Assembly (NCBI GenBank): GCA_964016885.1
Contig: OZ024741.1
Location: forward strand, 396,552,001-396,616,000
Direction of reading: 5' to 3'
From: Eledone cirrhosa
Lineage: Eukaryota
DNA length: 64,000 nucleotides
Of this stretch, positions 30,601-44,689 are shown in pieces (the first letter of the stretch is position 1; each line of letters begins with the position of its first letter). Position numbers and translations under genes: made by a program. The notes beneath the pieces were generated by a model. That model did no database searches. It was given only the letters and a program-made list of their open reading frames with translations, and was not told where the DNA came from.

Positions 30601-33600
30601 GAGTCAAACAGCATCAATCAGTCACACCACAAGGGTCAACGTGCATCAATCAGTCACACCACAAGGGTCAAAGTGCATCAATTAGTCACACCACAAGGGT
30701 CAAAGTGCATCAATCAGTCACACCACAAGGGTCAAAGTGCATCAATCAGCCACACCACAAGGGTCAAAGTGCATCTATCAGTCACACCACAAGAGTCAAA
30801 GTGCATCAATCAGCCACACCACAAGAGTAAAAGTGCATCAATCAGTTACACCACAAGAGTCAAAGTGCACCTATCAGTCACACCACAAGAGTCAAAGTGC
30901 ATCAATCAGTCACACCACAAGAGTCAAAGTGCATCAATCAGTTACACCACAAGAGTCAAAGTGCATCAATCAGTCACACCACAAGGGTCAAAGTGCATCA
31001 ATCAACCACACCACAAGGGTCAAAGTGCATCAATCAGTCACACCACAAGAGTCAAAGTGCATCAATCAGTCACACCACAAGGGTCAAAGTGCATCAATCA
31101 GTTACACCACAAGAGTCAATGTGCATCAATCAGTTACACCACAAGAGTCAAAGTGCATCAATCAGACACACCACAAGGGTCAAAGTGCATCAATCAGTTA
31201 CACCACAAGAGTCAAAGTGCATCAATGAGTTACACCACAAGAGTCAAAGTGCATCAATCAGTCACACCACAAGGGTCAAAGTGCATCAATCAGTCACACC
31301 ACAAGGGTCAAAGTGCATCAATCAGTCAGACCACAAGGGTCAAAGTGCATCAATCAGTCACACCACAAGTGTCAAAGTGCATCAATCAGTCACACCACAA
31401 GAGTCAAAGTGCATCAATGAGTCACACCACAAGGGTCAAAGTGCATCAATCAGTCACACCACAAGGGTCAAAGTGCATCAATCATTCACACCACAAGGGT
31501 CAAAGTGCATCAATCAGTCTCACCACAAGGGTCAAAGTGCATCAAATCAATCAGTCACACCACAAGAGTCAAAGTGCATCAATCAGTCACACCACAAGGG
31601 TCAAAGTGCATCAATCAGTCACACCACAAGGGTCAAAGTGCTTCAATCAGTCACACCACAAGGGTCAAAGTGCATCAATCAGTCACACCACACGAGTCAA
31701 AGTGCATCAATCAGTCACACCACAAGGGTCAAAGTGCATCAATCAGTCACACCACAAGGGTCAAAGTGCATCACAGTCACACCACAAGTGTCAAAGTGCA
31801 TCAATCAGTCACACCACAAGGGTCAAAGTGCATCAATCAGTCACACCACAAGAGTCAAAGTGCATCAATCAGCCACACCACAAGGGTCAAAGTGCATCAA
31901 TCAGTCACACCACAAGGGTCAAAGTGCATCAATCAGTGACACCACAAGGGTCAAAGTGCATCAATCAGTCACACCACAAGAGTCAAAGTGCATCAATCAG
32001 TCACACCACAAGAGTCAAGGGGCACCAATCAGTCACACCACAAGGGTCAAATTCTTTCAATCAGTCACACCACAAGGGTCAAAGTGCATCAATCAGTCAC
32101 ACCTCAAGACTCAAAGTGCATCAATCAGTCACACCACAAGGGTGAAAGTGCATCAATCAGTCACACCACGAGAGTCAAAGTGCATCAATCAGTCACACGA
32201 CAAGGGTCAAAGTGCATCAATCAGTCACACCACAAGGGTCAAAGTGCATCAATCAGTAACACCACAAGAGTCAAACAGCATCAATCAGTCACACCACAAG
32301 GGTCAACGTGCATCAATCAGTCACACCACAAGGGTCAAAGTGCATCAATCAGTCACACCACAAGGGTCAAAGTGCATCTATCAGTCACACCACAAGAGTC
32401 AAAGTGCATCAATCAGCCACACCACAAGAGTCAAAGTGCATCAATCAGTTACACCACAAGAGTCAAAGTGCATCAATCAGTCACACCACAAGGGTCAAAG
32501 TGCATCAATCAGCCACACCACAAGGGTCAAAGTGCATCAATCAGTCACACCACAAGAGTCAAAGTGCATCAATCAGACACACCACAAGAGTCAAAGTGCA
32601 TCAATCAGTGACACCACAAGGGTCAAAGTGCTTCAATCAGTCACACCACAAGATTCAAAGTGTTTCAATCAGTCACACCACAAGAGTCAAAGTGCATCAA
32701 TCAGTCACACCACAAGGGTCAAATTCCTTCAATCAGTCACACCACAAGGGTCAAAGTGCATCAATCAGTCACACCACATGGGTCAAAGTGCATCAATCAG
32801 TCACACCACAAGAGTCAAAGTGCTTCAATCAGTCACACCACAAGGGTCAAATTTCTTCAATCAGTCACACCACAAGGGTCAAAGTGCATCAATCAGTCAC
32901 ACCAGAAGGGTCAAAGTGCATCAATCAGTCACACCACAAGGGTCAAAGTGCATCAATCAGTCACACCACAAGGGTCAAATTCCTTCAATCAGTCACACCA
33001 CAAGAGTCAAAGTGCATCAATCAGTCACACCACAAGAGTCAAAGTGCTTCAATCAGTCACACCACAAGGGTCAAATTCCTTCAATCAGTCACACCACAAG
33101 GGTCAAAGTGCATCAATCAGTCACACCACAAGGGTCAAAGTGCATCAATCAGTCACACCACAAGGGTCAAAGTGCATCAATCAGTCACACCACAAGAGTC
33201 AAAGTGCATCAATCAGTCACACCACAAGGGTCAAAGTGCATCAATCAGTCACACCACAAGGGTCAAAGTGCATCAATCAGTCACACCACAAGAGTCAAAG
33301 TGCATCAATCAGTCACACCACAAGGGTCAAAGTGCATCAATCAGTCACACCACAAGGGTCAAAGTGCATCAATCAGTCACACCACAAGGGTCAAAGTGCA
33401 TCAATCAGTCACACCACAAGAGTCAAAGTGCATCAATCAGTCACACCACAAGGGTCAAATTCCTTCAATCAGTCACACCACAAGAGTCAAAGTGCATCAA
33501 TCAGTCACACCACAAGGGTCAAAGTGCATCAATCAGTTACACCACAAGGGTCAAAGTGCATCAATCAGTCACACCACACGAGTCAAAGTGCATCAATCAG

Positions 33601-35205
33601 TCACACCACAAGGGTCAAAGTGCATCAATCAGTCACACCACAAGGGTCAAAGTGCATTACAGTCACACCACAAGTGTCAAAGTGCATCAATCAGTCACAC
33701 CACAAGGGTCAAAGAGCATCAATCAGTCACACAACAAGAGTCAAAGTGCATCAATCAGCCACACCACAAGGTTAAAGTGCATCAATCAGTCACACCACAA
33801 GGGTCAAAGTGCATCAACAGTCACACCACAAGAGTCAAAGTGCATCAATCAGTCACACCACAAGGGTCAAATTCCTTCAATCAGTCACACCACAAGGGTC
33901 AAAGTGCATCAATCAGTCACACCACAAGATTCAAAGTGCATCAATCAGTCACACCACAAGGGTCAAAGTGCATCAATCAGTCACACCACGAGGGTCAAAG
34001 TGCATCAATCAGTCACACGACAAGGGTCAAAGTGCATCAATCAGTTACACCACAAGGGTCAAAGTGCATCAATCAGTCACACCACAAGGGTCAAAGTGCA
34101 TCAATCAGTCAGACCACAAGGGTCAAAGTGGATCAATCAGTCACACCACAAGAGTCAAAGTGCATCAATCAGTCACACCACAAGGGTCAAATTCCTTCAA
34201 TCAGTCACACCACAAGAGTCAAAGTGCATCAATCAGTCACACCACAAGGGTCAAAGTGCATCAATCAGTTACACCACAAGGGTCAAAGTGCATCAATCAG
34301 TCACACCACAAGGGTCAAAGTGCATCAATCAGTCAGACCACAAGGGTCAAAGTGGATCAATCAGTCACACCACAAGGGTCAAAGTGCATCAATCAGTCAC
34401 ACCACAAGGGTCAAATTCCTTCAATCAGTCACACCACAAGGGTCAAATTCCTTCAATCAGTCACACCACAAGGGTCAAAGTGCATCAATCAGTCACACCA
34501 CAAGGGTCAAAGTGCATCAATCAATCACACCACAAGGGTCAAAGTGCATCAATCAGTCACACCACAAGAGTCAAGGGGCACCAATCAGTCACACCACAAG
34601 GGTCAAATTCCTTCAATCAGTCACACCACAAGGGTCAAAGTGCATCAATCAGTCACACCACGAGGGTCAAAGTGCATCAATCAGTCACACGACAAGGGTC
34701 AAAGTGCATCAATCAGTCACACCACAAGGGTCAAAGTGCATCAATCAGTCACACCACAAGGGTCAAAGTGCATCAATCAGTCACACCACAAGGGTCAAAG
34801 TGCATCAATCAGTCACACCACAAGAGTCAAAGTACATCAATCAGTCACACCACAAGGGTCAAATTCCTTCAATCAGTCACACCACAAGAGTCAAAGTGCA
34901 TCAATCAGTCACACCACAAGGGTCAAAGTGCATCAATCAGTCACACCACAAGGTTCAAAGTGCATCAATCATTCACACCACAAGGGTCAAAGTGCATCAA
35001 TCAGTCACACCACAAGGGTCAAAGTGCATCAATCAGTCACACCACAAGAGTCAAAGTGCATCAATCAGTCACACCACAAGGGTCAAATTCCTTCAATCAG
35101 TCACACCACAAGGGTCAAAGTGCATCAATCAGTCACACCACAAGATTCAAAGTGCATCAATCAGTCACACCACAAGGGTCAAAGTGCATCAATCAGTCAC
35201 ACCAC
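24441..35205. repeat. Tandem duplication of about 5.35 kb (24441-29786 and 29787-35205)
   Basis: ORF offsets are +5346 (25391/30737, 26159/31505, 26962/32308), then +5378 (27282/32660, 28431/33809) after one extra monomer near 32510. A few SNPs distinguish the copies (32144 G, 34834 A). Confidence 0.92.
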
Positions 35206-37977
35206 GAGGGTCAAAGTGCATCAATCAGTCACACGACAAGGGTCAAAGTGCATCAATCAGTCACACCACAAGGGTCAAAGTGCATCAATCAGTCACACCA
35301 CAAGGGTCAAAGTGCATCAATCAGTCACACCACAAGGGTCAAAGTGCATCAATCAGTCACACCACAAGAGTCAAAGTGCATCAATCAGTCACACCACAAG
35401 GGTCAAATTCCTTCAATCAGTCACACCACAAGAGTCAAAGTGCATCAATCAGTCACACCACAAGGGTCAAAGTGCATCAATCAGTTACACCACAAGGGTC
35501 AAAGTGCATCAATCAGTCACACCACAAGGGTCAAAGTGCATCAATCAGTTACACCACAAGGGTCAAAGTGCATCAATCAGTCACACCACACGAGTCAAAG
35601 TGCATCAATCAGTCAGACCACAAGAGTCAAAGTGCATCAATCAGTCACACCACAAGGGTCAAAGTGCATCAATCAGTCACACCACAAGGGTCAAAGTGCA
35701 TCAATCAGTCACACCACAAGAGTCAAAGTGCATCAATCAGTCACACCACAAGGGTCAAAGTGCATCAATCAGTCACACCACAAGGGTCAAAGTGCATCAA
35801 TCAGTCACACCACAAGGGTCAAAGTGCATCAATCAGTCACACCACAAGAGTCAAAGTGCATCAATCAGTCACACCACAAGGGTCAAATTCCTTCAATCAG
35901 TCACACCACAAGAGTCAAAGTGCATCAATCAGTCACACCACAAGGGTCAAAGTGCATCAATCAGTTACACCACAAGGGTCAAAGTGCATCAATCAGTCAC
36001 ACCACACGAGTCAAAGTGCATCAATCAGTCACACCACAAGGGTCAAAGTGCATCAATCAGTCACACCACAAGGGTCAAAGTGCATTACAGTCACACCACA
36101 AGTGTCAAAGTGCATCAATCAGTCACACCACAAGGGTCAAAGAGCATCAATCAGTCACACAACAAGAGTCAAAGTGCATCAATCAGCCACACCACAAGGT
36201 TAAAGTGCATCAATCAGTCACACCACAAGGGTCAAAGTGCATCAACAGTCACACCACAAGAGTCAAAGTGCATCAATCAGTCACACCACAAGGGTCAAAT
36301 TCCTTCAATCAGTCACACCACAAGGGTCAAAGTGCATCAATCAGTCACACCACAAGATTCAAAGTGCATCAATCAGTCACACCACAAGGGTCAAAGTGCA
36401 TCAATCAGTCACACCACGAGGGTCAAAGTGCATCAATCAGTCACACGACAAGGGTCAAAGTGCATCAATCAGTTACACCACAAGGGTCAAAGTGCATCAA
36501 TCAGTCACACCACAAGGGTCAAAGTGCATCAATCAGTCAGACCACAAGGGTCAAAGTGGATCAATCAGTCACACCACAAGAGTCAAAGTGCATCAATCAG
36601 TCACACCACAAGGGTCAAATTCCTTCAATCAGTCACACCACAAGAGTCAAAGTGCATCAATCAGTCACACCACAAGGGTCAAAGTGCATCAATCAGTTAC
36701 ACCACAAGGGTCAAAGTGCATCAATCAGTCACACCACAAGGGTCAAAGTGCATCAATCAGTCAGACCACAAGGGTCAAAGTGGATCAATCAGTCACACCA
36801 CAAGGGTCAAAGTGCATCAATCAGTCACACCACAAGGGTCAAATTCCTTCAATCAGTCACACCACAAGGGTCAAATTCCTTCAATCAGTCACACCACAAG
36901 GGTCAAAGTGCATCAATCAGTCACACCACAAGGGTCAAAGTGCATCAATCAATCACACCACAAGGGTCAAAGTGCATCAATCAGTCACACCACAAGAGTC
37001 AAGGGGCACCAATCAGTCACACCACAAGGGTCAAATTCCTTCAATCAGTCACACCACAAGGGTCAAAGTGCATCAATCAGTCACACCACGAGGGTCAAAG
37101 TGCATCAATCAGTCACACGACAAGGGTCAAAGTGCATCAATCAGTCACACCACAAGGGTCAAAGTGCATCAATCAGTCACACCACAAGGGTCAAAGTGCA
37201 TCAATCAGTCACACCACAAGGGTCAAAGTGCATCAATCAGTCACACCACAAGAGTCAAAGTGCATCAATCAGTCACACCACAAGGGTCAAATTCCTTCAA
37301 TCAGTCACACCACAAGAGTCAAAGTGCATCAATCAGTCACACCACAAGGGTCAAAGTGCATCAATCAGTCACACCACAAGGTTCAAAGTGCATCAATCAT
37401 TCACACCACAAGGGTCAAAGTGCATCAATCAGTCACACCACAAGGGTCAAAGTGCATCAATCAGTCACACCACAAGAGTCAAAGTGCATCAATCAGTCAC
37501 ACCACAAGGGTCAAATTCCTTCAATCAGTCACACCACAAGGGTCAAAGTGCATCAATCAGTCACACCACAAGATTCAAAGTGCATCAATCAGTCACACCA
37601 CAAGGGTCAAAGTGCATCAATCAGTCACACCACGAGGGTCAAAGTGCATCAATCAGTCACACGACAAGGGTCAAAGTGCATCAATCAGTCACACCACAAG
37701 GGTCAAAGTGCATCAATCAGTCACACCACAAGGGTCAAAGTGCATCAATCAGTCACACCACAAGGGTCAAAGTGCATCAATCAGTCACACCACAAGAGTC
37801 AAAGTGCATCAATCAGTCACACCACAAGGGTCAAATTCCTTCAATCAGTCACACCACAAGAGTCAAAGTGCATCAATCAGTCACACCACAAGGGTCAAAG
37901 TGCATCAATCAGTTACACCACAAGGGTCAAAGTGCATCAATCAGTCACACCACAAGGGTCAAAGTGCATCAATCAGT
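33189..37977. repeat. Near-tandem duplication with a 2,428-bp period (33189-35549 and 35617-37977)
   Basis: The CATTACAG, GGTTAAA and CATCAACAG markers at ~33655-33820 recur at ~36083-36248. ORFs 33809/36237 have an offset of 2428 = 76x32-4. Confidence 0.9.
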
Positions 37978-40689
37978 CAGACCACAAGGGTCAAAGTGGA
38001 TCAATCAGTCACACCACAAGGGTCAAAGTGCATCAATCAGTCACACCACAAGGGTCAAATTCCTTCAATCAGTCACACCACAAGGGTCAAATTCCTTCAA
38101 TCAGTCACACCACAAGGGTCAAAGTGCATCAATCAGTCACACCACAAGAGTCAAAGTGCATCAATCAGTCACACCACAAGGGTCAAAGTGCATCAATCAG
38201 CCACACCACAAGGGTCAAAGTGCATCAATCAGTCACACCACAAGTGTCAAAGTGCATCAATCTGTCACACCACAAGAGTCAAAGTGCATCAATGAGTCAC
38301 ACCACAAGGGTCAAAGTGCATCAATCAGTCACACCACAAGGGTCAAAGTGCATCAATCATTCACACCACAAGGGTCAAAGTGCATCAATCAGTCACACCA
38401 CAAGGGTCAAAGTGCATCAAATCAATCAGTCACACCACAAGAGTCAAAGTGCATCAATCAGTCACACCACAAGGGTCAAATTCCTTCAATCAGTCACACC
38501 ACAAGGTTCAAAGTGCATCAATCAGTCACACCACACGAGTCAAAGTGCATCAATCAGTCACACCACAAGGGTCAAAGTGCATCAATCAGTCACACCACAA
38601 GGGTCAAAGTGCATCACAGTCACACCACAAGTGTCAAAGTGCATCAATCAGTCACACCACAAGGGTCAAAGTGCATCAATCAGTCACACCACAAGAGTCA
38701 AAGTGCATCAATCAGCCATACCACAAGGGTCAAAGTGCATCAATCAGTCACACCACAAGGGTCAAAGTGCATCAATCAGTCAGACCACAAGGGTCAAAGT
38801 GGATCAATCAGTCACACCACAAGGGTCAAAGTGCATCAATCAGTCACACCACAAGGGTCAAAGTGCATCAATCAGTCACACCACAAGAGTCAAAGTGCAT
38901 CAATCAGTCACACCACAAGAGTCAAGGGGCACCAATCAGTCACACCACAAGGGTCAAATTCCTTCAATCAGTCACACCACAAGGGTCAAAGTGCATCAAT
39001 CAGTCACACCTCAAGACTCAAAGTGCATCAATCAGTCACACCACAAGGGTCAAAGTGCATCAATCAGTCACACCACGAGAGTCAAAGTGCATCAATCAGT
39101 CACACGACAAGGGTCAAAGTGCATCAATCAGTCACACCACAAGGGTCAAAGTGCATCAATCAGTAACACCACAAGAGTCAAACAGCATCAATCAGTCACA
39201 CCACAAGGGTCAACGTGCATCAATCAGTCACACCACAAGGGTCAAAGTGCATCAATTAGTCACACCACAAGGGTCAAAGTGCATCAATCAGTCACACCAC
39301 AAGGGTCAAAGTGCATCAATCAGCCACACCACAAGGGTCAAAGTGCATCTATCAGTCACACCACAAGAGTCAAAGTGCATCAATCAGCCACACCACAAGA
39401 GTCAAAGTGCATCAATCAGTTACACCACAAGAGTCAAAGTGCACCTATCAGTCACACCACAAGAGTCAAAGTGCATCAATCAGTCACACCACAAGAGTCA
39501 AAGTGCATCAATCAGTTACACCACAAGAGTCAAAGTGCATCAATCAGTCACACCACAAGGGTCAAAGTGCATCAATCAGCCACACCACAAGGGTCAAAGT
39601 GCATCAATCAGTCACACCACAAGAGTCAAAGTGCATCAATCAGTCACACCACAAGGGTCAAAGTGCATCAATCAGTTACACCACAAGAGTCAATGTGCAT
39701 CAATCAGTTACACCACAAGAGTCAAAGTGCATCAATCAGACACACCACAAGGGTCAAAGTGCATCAATCAGTTACACCACAAGAGTCAAAGTGCATCAAT
39801 GAGTTACACCACAAGAGTCAAAGTGCATCAATCAGTCACACCACAAGGGTCAAAGTGCATCAATCAGTCACACCACAAGGGTCAAAGTGCATCAATCAGT
39901 CAGACCACAAGGGTCAAAGTGCATCAATCAGTCACACCACAAGTGTCAAAGTGCATCAATCAGTCACACCACAAGAGTCAAAGTGCATCAATGAGTCACA
40001 CCACAAGGGTCAAAGTGCATCAATCAGCCACACCACAAGGGTCAAAGTGCATCAATCATTCACACCACAAGGGTCAAAGTGCATCAATCAGTCACACCAC
40101 AAGGGTCAAAGTGCATCAAATCAATCAGTCACACCACAAGAGTCAAAGTGCATCAATCAGTCACACCACAAGGGTCAAATTCCTTCAATCAGTCACACCA
40201 CAAGGGTCAAAGTGCATCAATCAGTCTCACCACACGAGTCAAAGTGCATCAATCAGTCACACCACAAGGGTCAAAGTGCATCAATCAGTCACACCACAAG
40301 GGTCAAAGTGCATCACAGTCACACCACAAGTGTCAAAGTGCATCAATCAGTCACACCACAAGGGTCAAAGTGCATCAATCAGTCACACCACAAGAGTCAA
40401 AGTGCATCAATCAGCCACACCACAAGGGTCAAAGTGCATCAATCAGTCACACCACAAGGGTCAAAGTGCATCAATCAGTCAGACCACAAGGGTCAAAGTG
40501 GATCAATCAGTCACACCACAAGGGTCAAAGTGCATCAATCAGTGACACCACAAGGGTCAAAGTGCATCAATCAGTCACACCACAAGAGTCAAAGTGCATC
40601 AATCAGTCACACCACAAGAGTCAAGGGGCACCAATCAGTCACACCACAAGGGTCAAATTCCTTCAATCAGTCACACCACAAGGGTCAAA

Positions 40690-41200
40690 GTGCATCAATC
40701 AGTCACACCTCAAGACTCAAAGTGCATCAATCAGTCACACCACAAGGGTCAAAGTGCATCAATCAGTCACACCACGAGAGTCAAAGTGCATCAATCAGTC
40801 ACACGACAAGGGTCAAAGTGCATCAATCAGTCACACCACAAGGGTCAAAGTGCATCAATCAGTAACACCACAAGAGTCAAACAGCATCAATCAGTCACAC
40901 CACAAGGGTCAACGTGCATCAATCAGTCACACCACAAGGGTCAAAGTGCATCAATCAGTCACACCTCAAGACTCAAAGTGCATCAATCAGTCACACCACA
41001 AGGGTCAAAGTGCATCAATCAGTCACACCACGAGAGTCAAAGTGCATCAATCAGTCACACGACAAGGGTCAAAGTGCATCAATCAGTCACACCACAAGGG
41101 TCAAAGTGCATCAATCAGTAACACCACAAGAGTCAAACAGCATCAATCAGTCACACCACAAGGGTCAACGTGCATCAATCAGTCACACCACAAGGGTCAA
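40690..41200. repeat. 256-bp (8-monomer) local tandem duplication
   Basis: CCTCAAGACTC at 40708/40964, AGTAACACC at 40861/41117, CAACGTG at 40910/41166. Confidence 0.9.
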
Positions 41201-43369
41201 AGTGCATCAATCAGTCACACCACAAGGGTCAAAGTGCATCAATCAGTCACACCACAAGGGTCAAAGTGCATCAATCAGCCACACCACAAGGGTCAAAGTG
41301 CATCTATCAGTCACACCACAAGAGTCAAAGTGCATCAATCAGCCACACCACAAGAGTCAAAGTGCATCAATCAGTTACACCACAAGAGTCAAAGTGCACC
41401 TATCAGTCACACCACAAGAGTCAAAGTGCATCAATCAGTCACACCACAAGAGTCAAAGTGCATCAATCAGTTACACCACAAGAGTCAAAGTGCATCAATC
41501 AGTCACACCACAAGGGTCAAAGTGCATCAATCAGCCACACCACAAGAGTCAAAGTGCATCAATCAGTCACACCACAAGAGTCAAAGTGCATCAATCAGTC
41601 ACACCACAAGGGTCAAAGTGCATCAATCAGTTACACCACAAGAGTCAATGTGCATCAATCAGTTACACCACAAGAGTCAAAGTGCATCAATCAGACACAC
41701 CACAAGGGTCAAAGTGCATCAATCAGTCACACCACAAGGGTCAAAGTGCATCAATCAGTCACACCAGAAGGGTCAAAGTGCATCAAACAGTCACACCACA
41801 AGAGTCAAAGTGCATCAATCAGTCACACCACAAGGGTCGAAGTGCATCAAACAGTCACACCACAAGAGTCAAAGTGCATCAATCAGTTACACCACAAGAG
41901 TCAAAGTGCATCAATCAGTCACACCAAAAGGATCAAAGTGCATCAATCAGCCACACCACAAGGGTCAAAGTGCATCAATCAGTCACACCACAAGAGTCAA
42001 AGTGCATCAATCAGTCACACCACAAGGGTTAAAGTGCATCAATCAGTCGCACCACAAGGGTCAAATTCTTTCAATCAGTCACACCACAAGAGTCAAAGTG
42101 CATCAATCAGTCACACCACAAGGGTCAAAGTGCATCAATCAGTCACACCACAAGGGTAAAAGTGTTTCAATCAGTCACACCACAAGGGTCAAAGTGCATC
42201 AATCAGTCACACCACAAGGGTCAAAGTGTTTCAATCAGTCACACCACAAGGGTCAAAGTGCATCAATCAGTCACACCACAAGAGTCAAAGTGCATCAATC
42301 AATCACACCACAAGGGTCAAAGTGCATCAATCAGTCACACCACAAGGGTCAAAGTGTTTCAATCAGTCACACCACAAGGGTCAAAGTGCATCAATCAGTT
42401 ACACCACAAGAGTCAAAGTGCATCAATCAGTCACACCACAAGGGTCAAAGTGCATCAATCAGTTACACCACAAGAGTCAAAGTGCATCAATCAGTTACAC
42501 CACAAGAGTCAAAGTGCATCAATCAGTCACACCACAAGAGTCAAAGTGCATCAATCAGTTACACCACAAGAGTCAAAGTGCATCAATCAGTTACACCACA
42601 AGAGTCAAAGTGCTTCAATCAGTCACACCACAAGGGTCAAAGTGCATCAATCAGTCACACCACAAGGGTCAAAGTGCATCAATCATTTACACCACAAGGG
42701 TCAAAGTGCATCAATCAGTCACACCACAAGGGTCAAAGTGCATCAATCAGTTACACCACAAGAGTCAAAGTGCATCAATCAGTCACACCACAAGGGTCAA
42801 AGTGCATCAATCAGTCACACCACAAGGGTCAAAGTGCATCAATCAGTCACACCACAAGAGTCAAAGTGCATCAATCAGTTACACCACAAGAGTCAAAGTG
42901 CATCAATCAGTCACACCACAAGGGTCAAAGTGCATCAATCAGTCACACCACAAGGGTCAAAGTGCATCAATCAGTTACACCACAAGAGTCAAAGTGCATC
43001 AATCAGTCACACCACAAGAGTTAAAGTGCATCAATCAGTCACACCACAAGAGTCGAAGTGAATCAATCAGTCACACCACAAGGTCAAAGTGCATCAATCA
43101 GTCACACCACAAGAGTCAAAGTGCATCAATCAGTCACAACCACAAGGGTCAAATTCCTTCAATCAGTCACACCACAAGAGTCAAAGTGCATCAATCAGTC
43201 ACACCACAAGAGTCAAAGTGTATCAATCAGTCACACCACAAGGGTCAAATTCATTCAATCAGTCACACCACAAGAGTCAAAGTGCATCAATCAGTCACAC
43301 CACAAGAGTCAAAGTGCATCAATCAGTCACACCACAAGGGTCAAAGTGCATCAATCAGTCACACCACCA

Positions 43370-44689
43370 GGGTCAAATTCCTTCAATCAGTCACACCACA
43401 AGGGTCAAATTCCTTCAATCAGTCACACCACAAGAGTCAAAGTGCATCAATCAGTCACACCACGAGGGTCAAAGTGCATCAATCAGTTACAGCACAAGAG
43501 TCAAAGTGCATCAATCAGTCACACCACAAGAGTCAAAGTGCATCAATCAGTCACACCACAAGAGTCAAAGTGCATCAATCAGTCACACCACAAGGGTCAA
43601 AGTGCATCAATCAGTCACACCACAACAGTCAAAGTGCATCAATAAGTCACACCACAAGGGTCAAATTCCTTCAATCAGTCACACCACAAGAGCCAAAGTG
43701 CATCAATCAGTCACACCACAAGAGTCAAAGTGCATCAATCAGTCACACCACAAGAGTCAAAGTGCATCAATCAGCCACACCACAAGGGTCAAAGTGCATC
43801 AATCAGTCACACCACAAGGGTCAAAGTGCATCAATCAGTCACACCACAAGGGTCAAAGTGCATCAATCAGTCACACCACAAGGGTCAAAATGCATCAATC
43901 AGTCACACCACAAGGGTCAAAGTTCATCAATCAGACACACCAGAAGAGTCAAAGTGCATCAATCAGTCACACCACAAGAGTCAAAGTGCATCAATCAGTC
44001 ACACCACAAGGGTCAAATTCCTTCAATCAGTCACACCACAAGGGTCAAATTCATTCAATCAGTCACACCACAAGAGTCAAAGTGCATCAATCAGTCACAC
44101 CACGAGGGTCAAAGTGCATCAATCAGTTACAGCACAAGAGTCAAAGTGCATCAATCAGTCACACCACAAGAGTCAAAGTGCATCAATCAGTCACACCACA
44201 AGAGTCAAAGTGCATCAATCAGTCACACCACAAGGGTCAAAGTGCATCAATCAGTCACACCACAACAGTCAAAGTGCATCAATAAGTCACACCACAAGGG
44301 TCAAATTCCTTCAATCAGTCACACCACAAGAGCCAAAGTGCATCAATCAGTCACACCACAAGAGTCAAAGTGCATCAATCAGTCACACCACAAGAGTCAA
44401 AGTGTATCAATCAGCCACACCACAAGGGTCAAAGTGCATCAATCAGTCACACCACAAGGGTCAAAGTGCATCAATCAGTCACACCACAAGGGTCAAAGTG
44501 CATCAATCAGTCACACCACAAGGGTCAAAATGCATCAATCAGTCACACCACAAGGGTCAAAGTTCATCAATCAGACACACCAGAAGAGTCAAAGTGCATC
44601 AATCAGTCACACCACAAGAGTCAAAGTGCATCAATCGGTCACACCACAAGGGTCAAATTCCTTCAATCAGTCACACCACAAGGGTCAAA
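43370..44689. repeat. 640-bp (20-monomer) local tandem duplication
   Basis: CACGAGGG at 43461/44101, TTACAGCAC, CAACAGTC, GAGCCAAA and AGTTCATC..CAGAC..CAGAAG all recur at +640, with a few SNPs. Confidence 0.92.
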
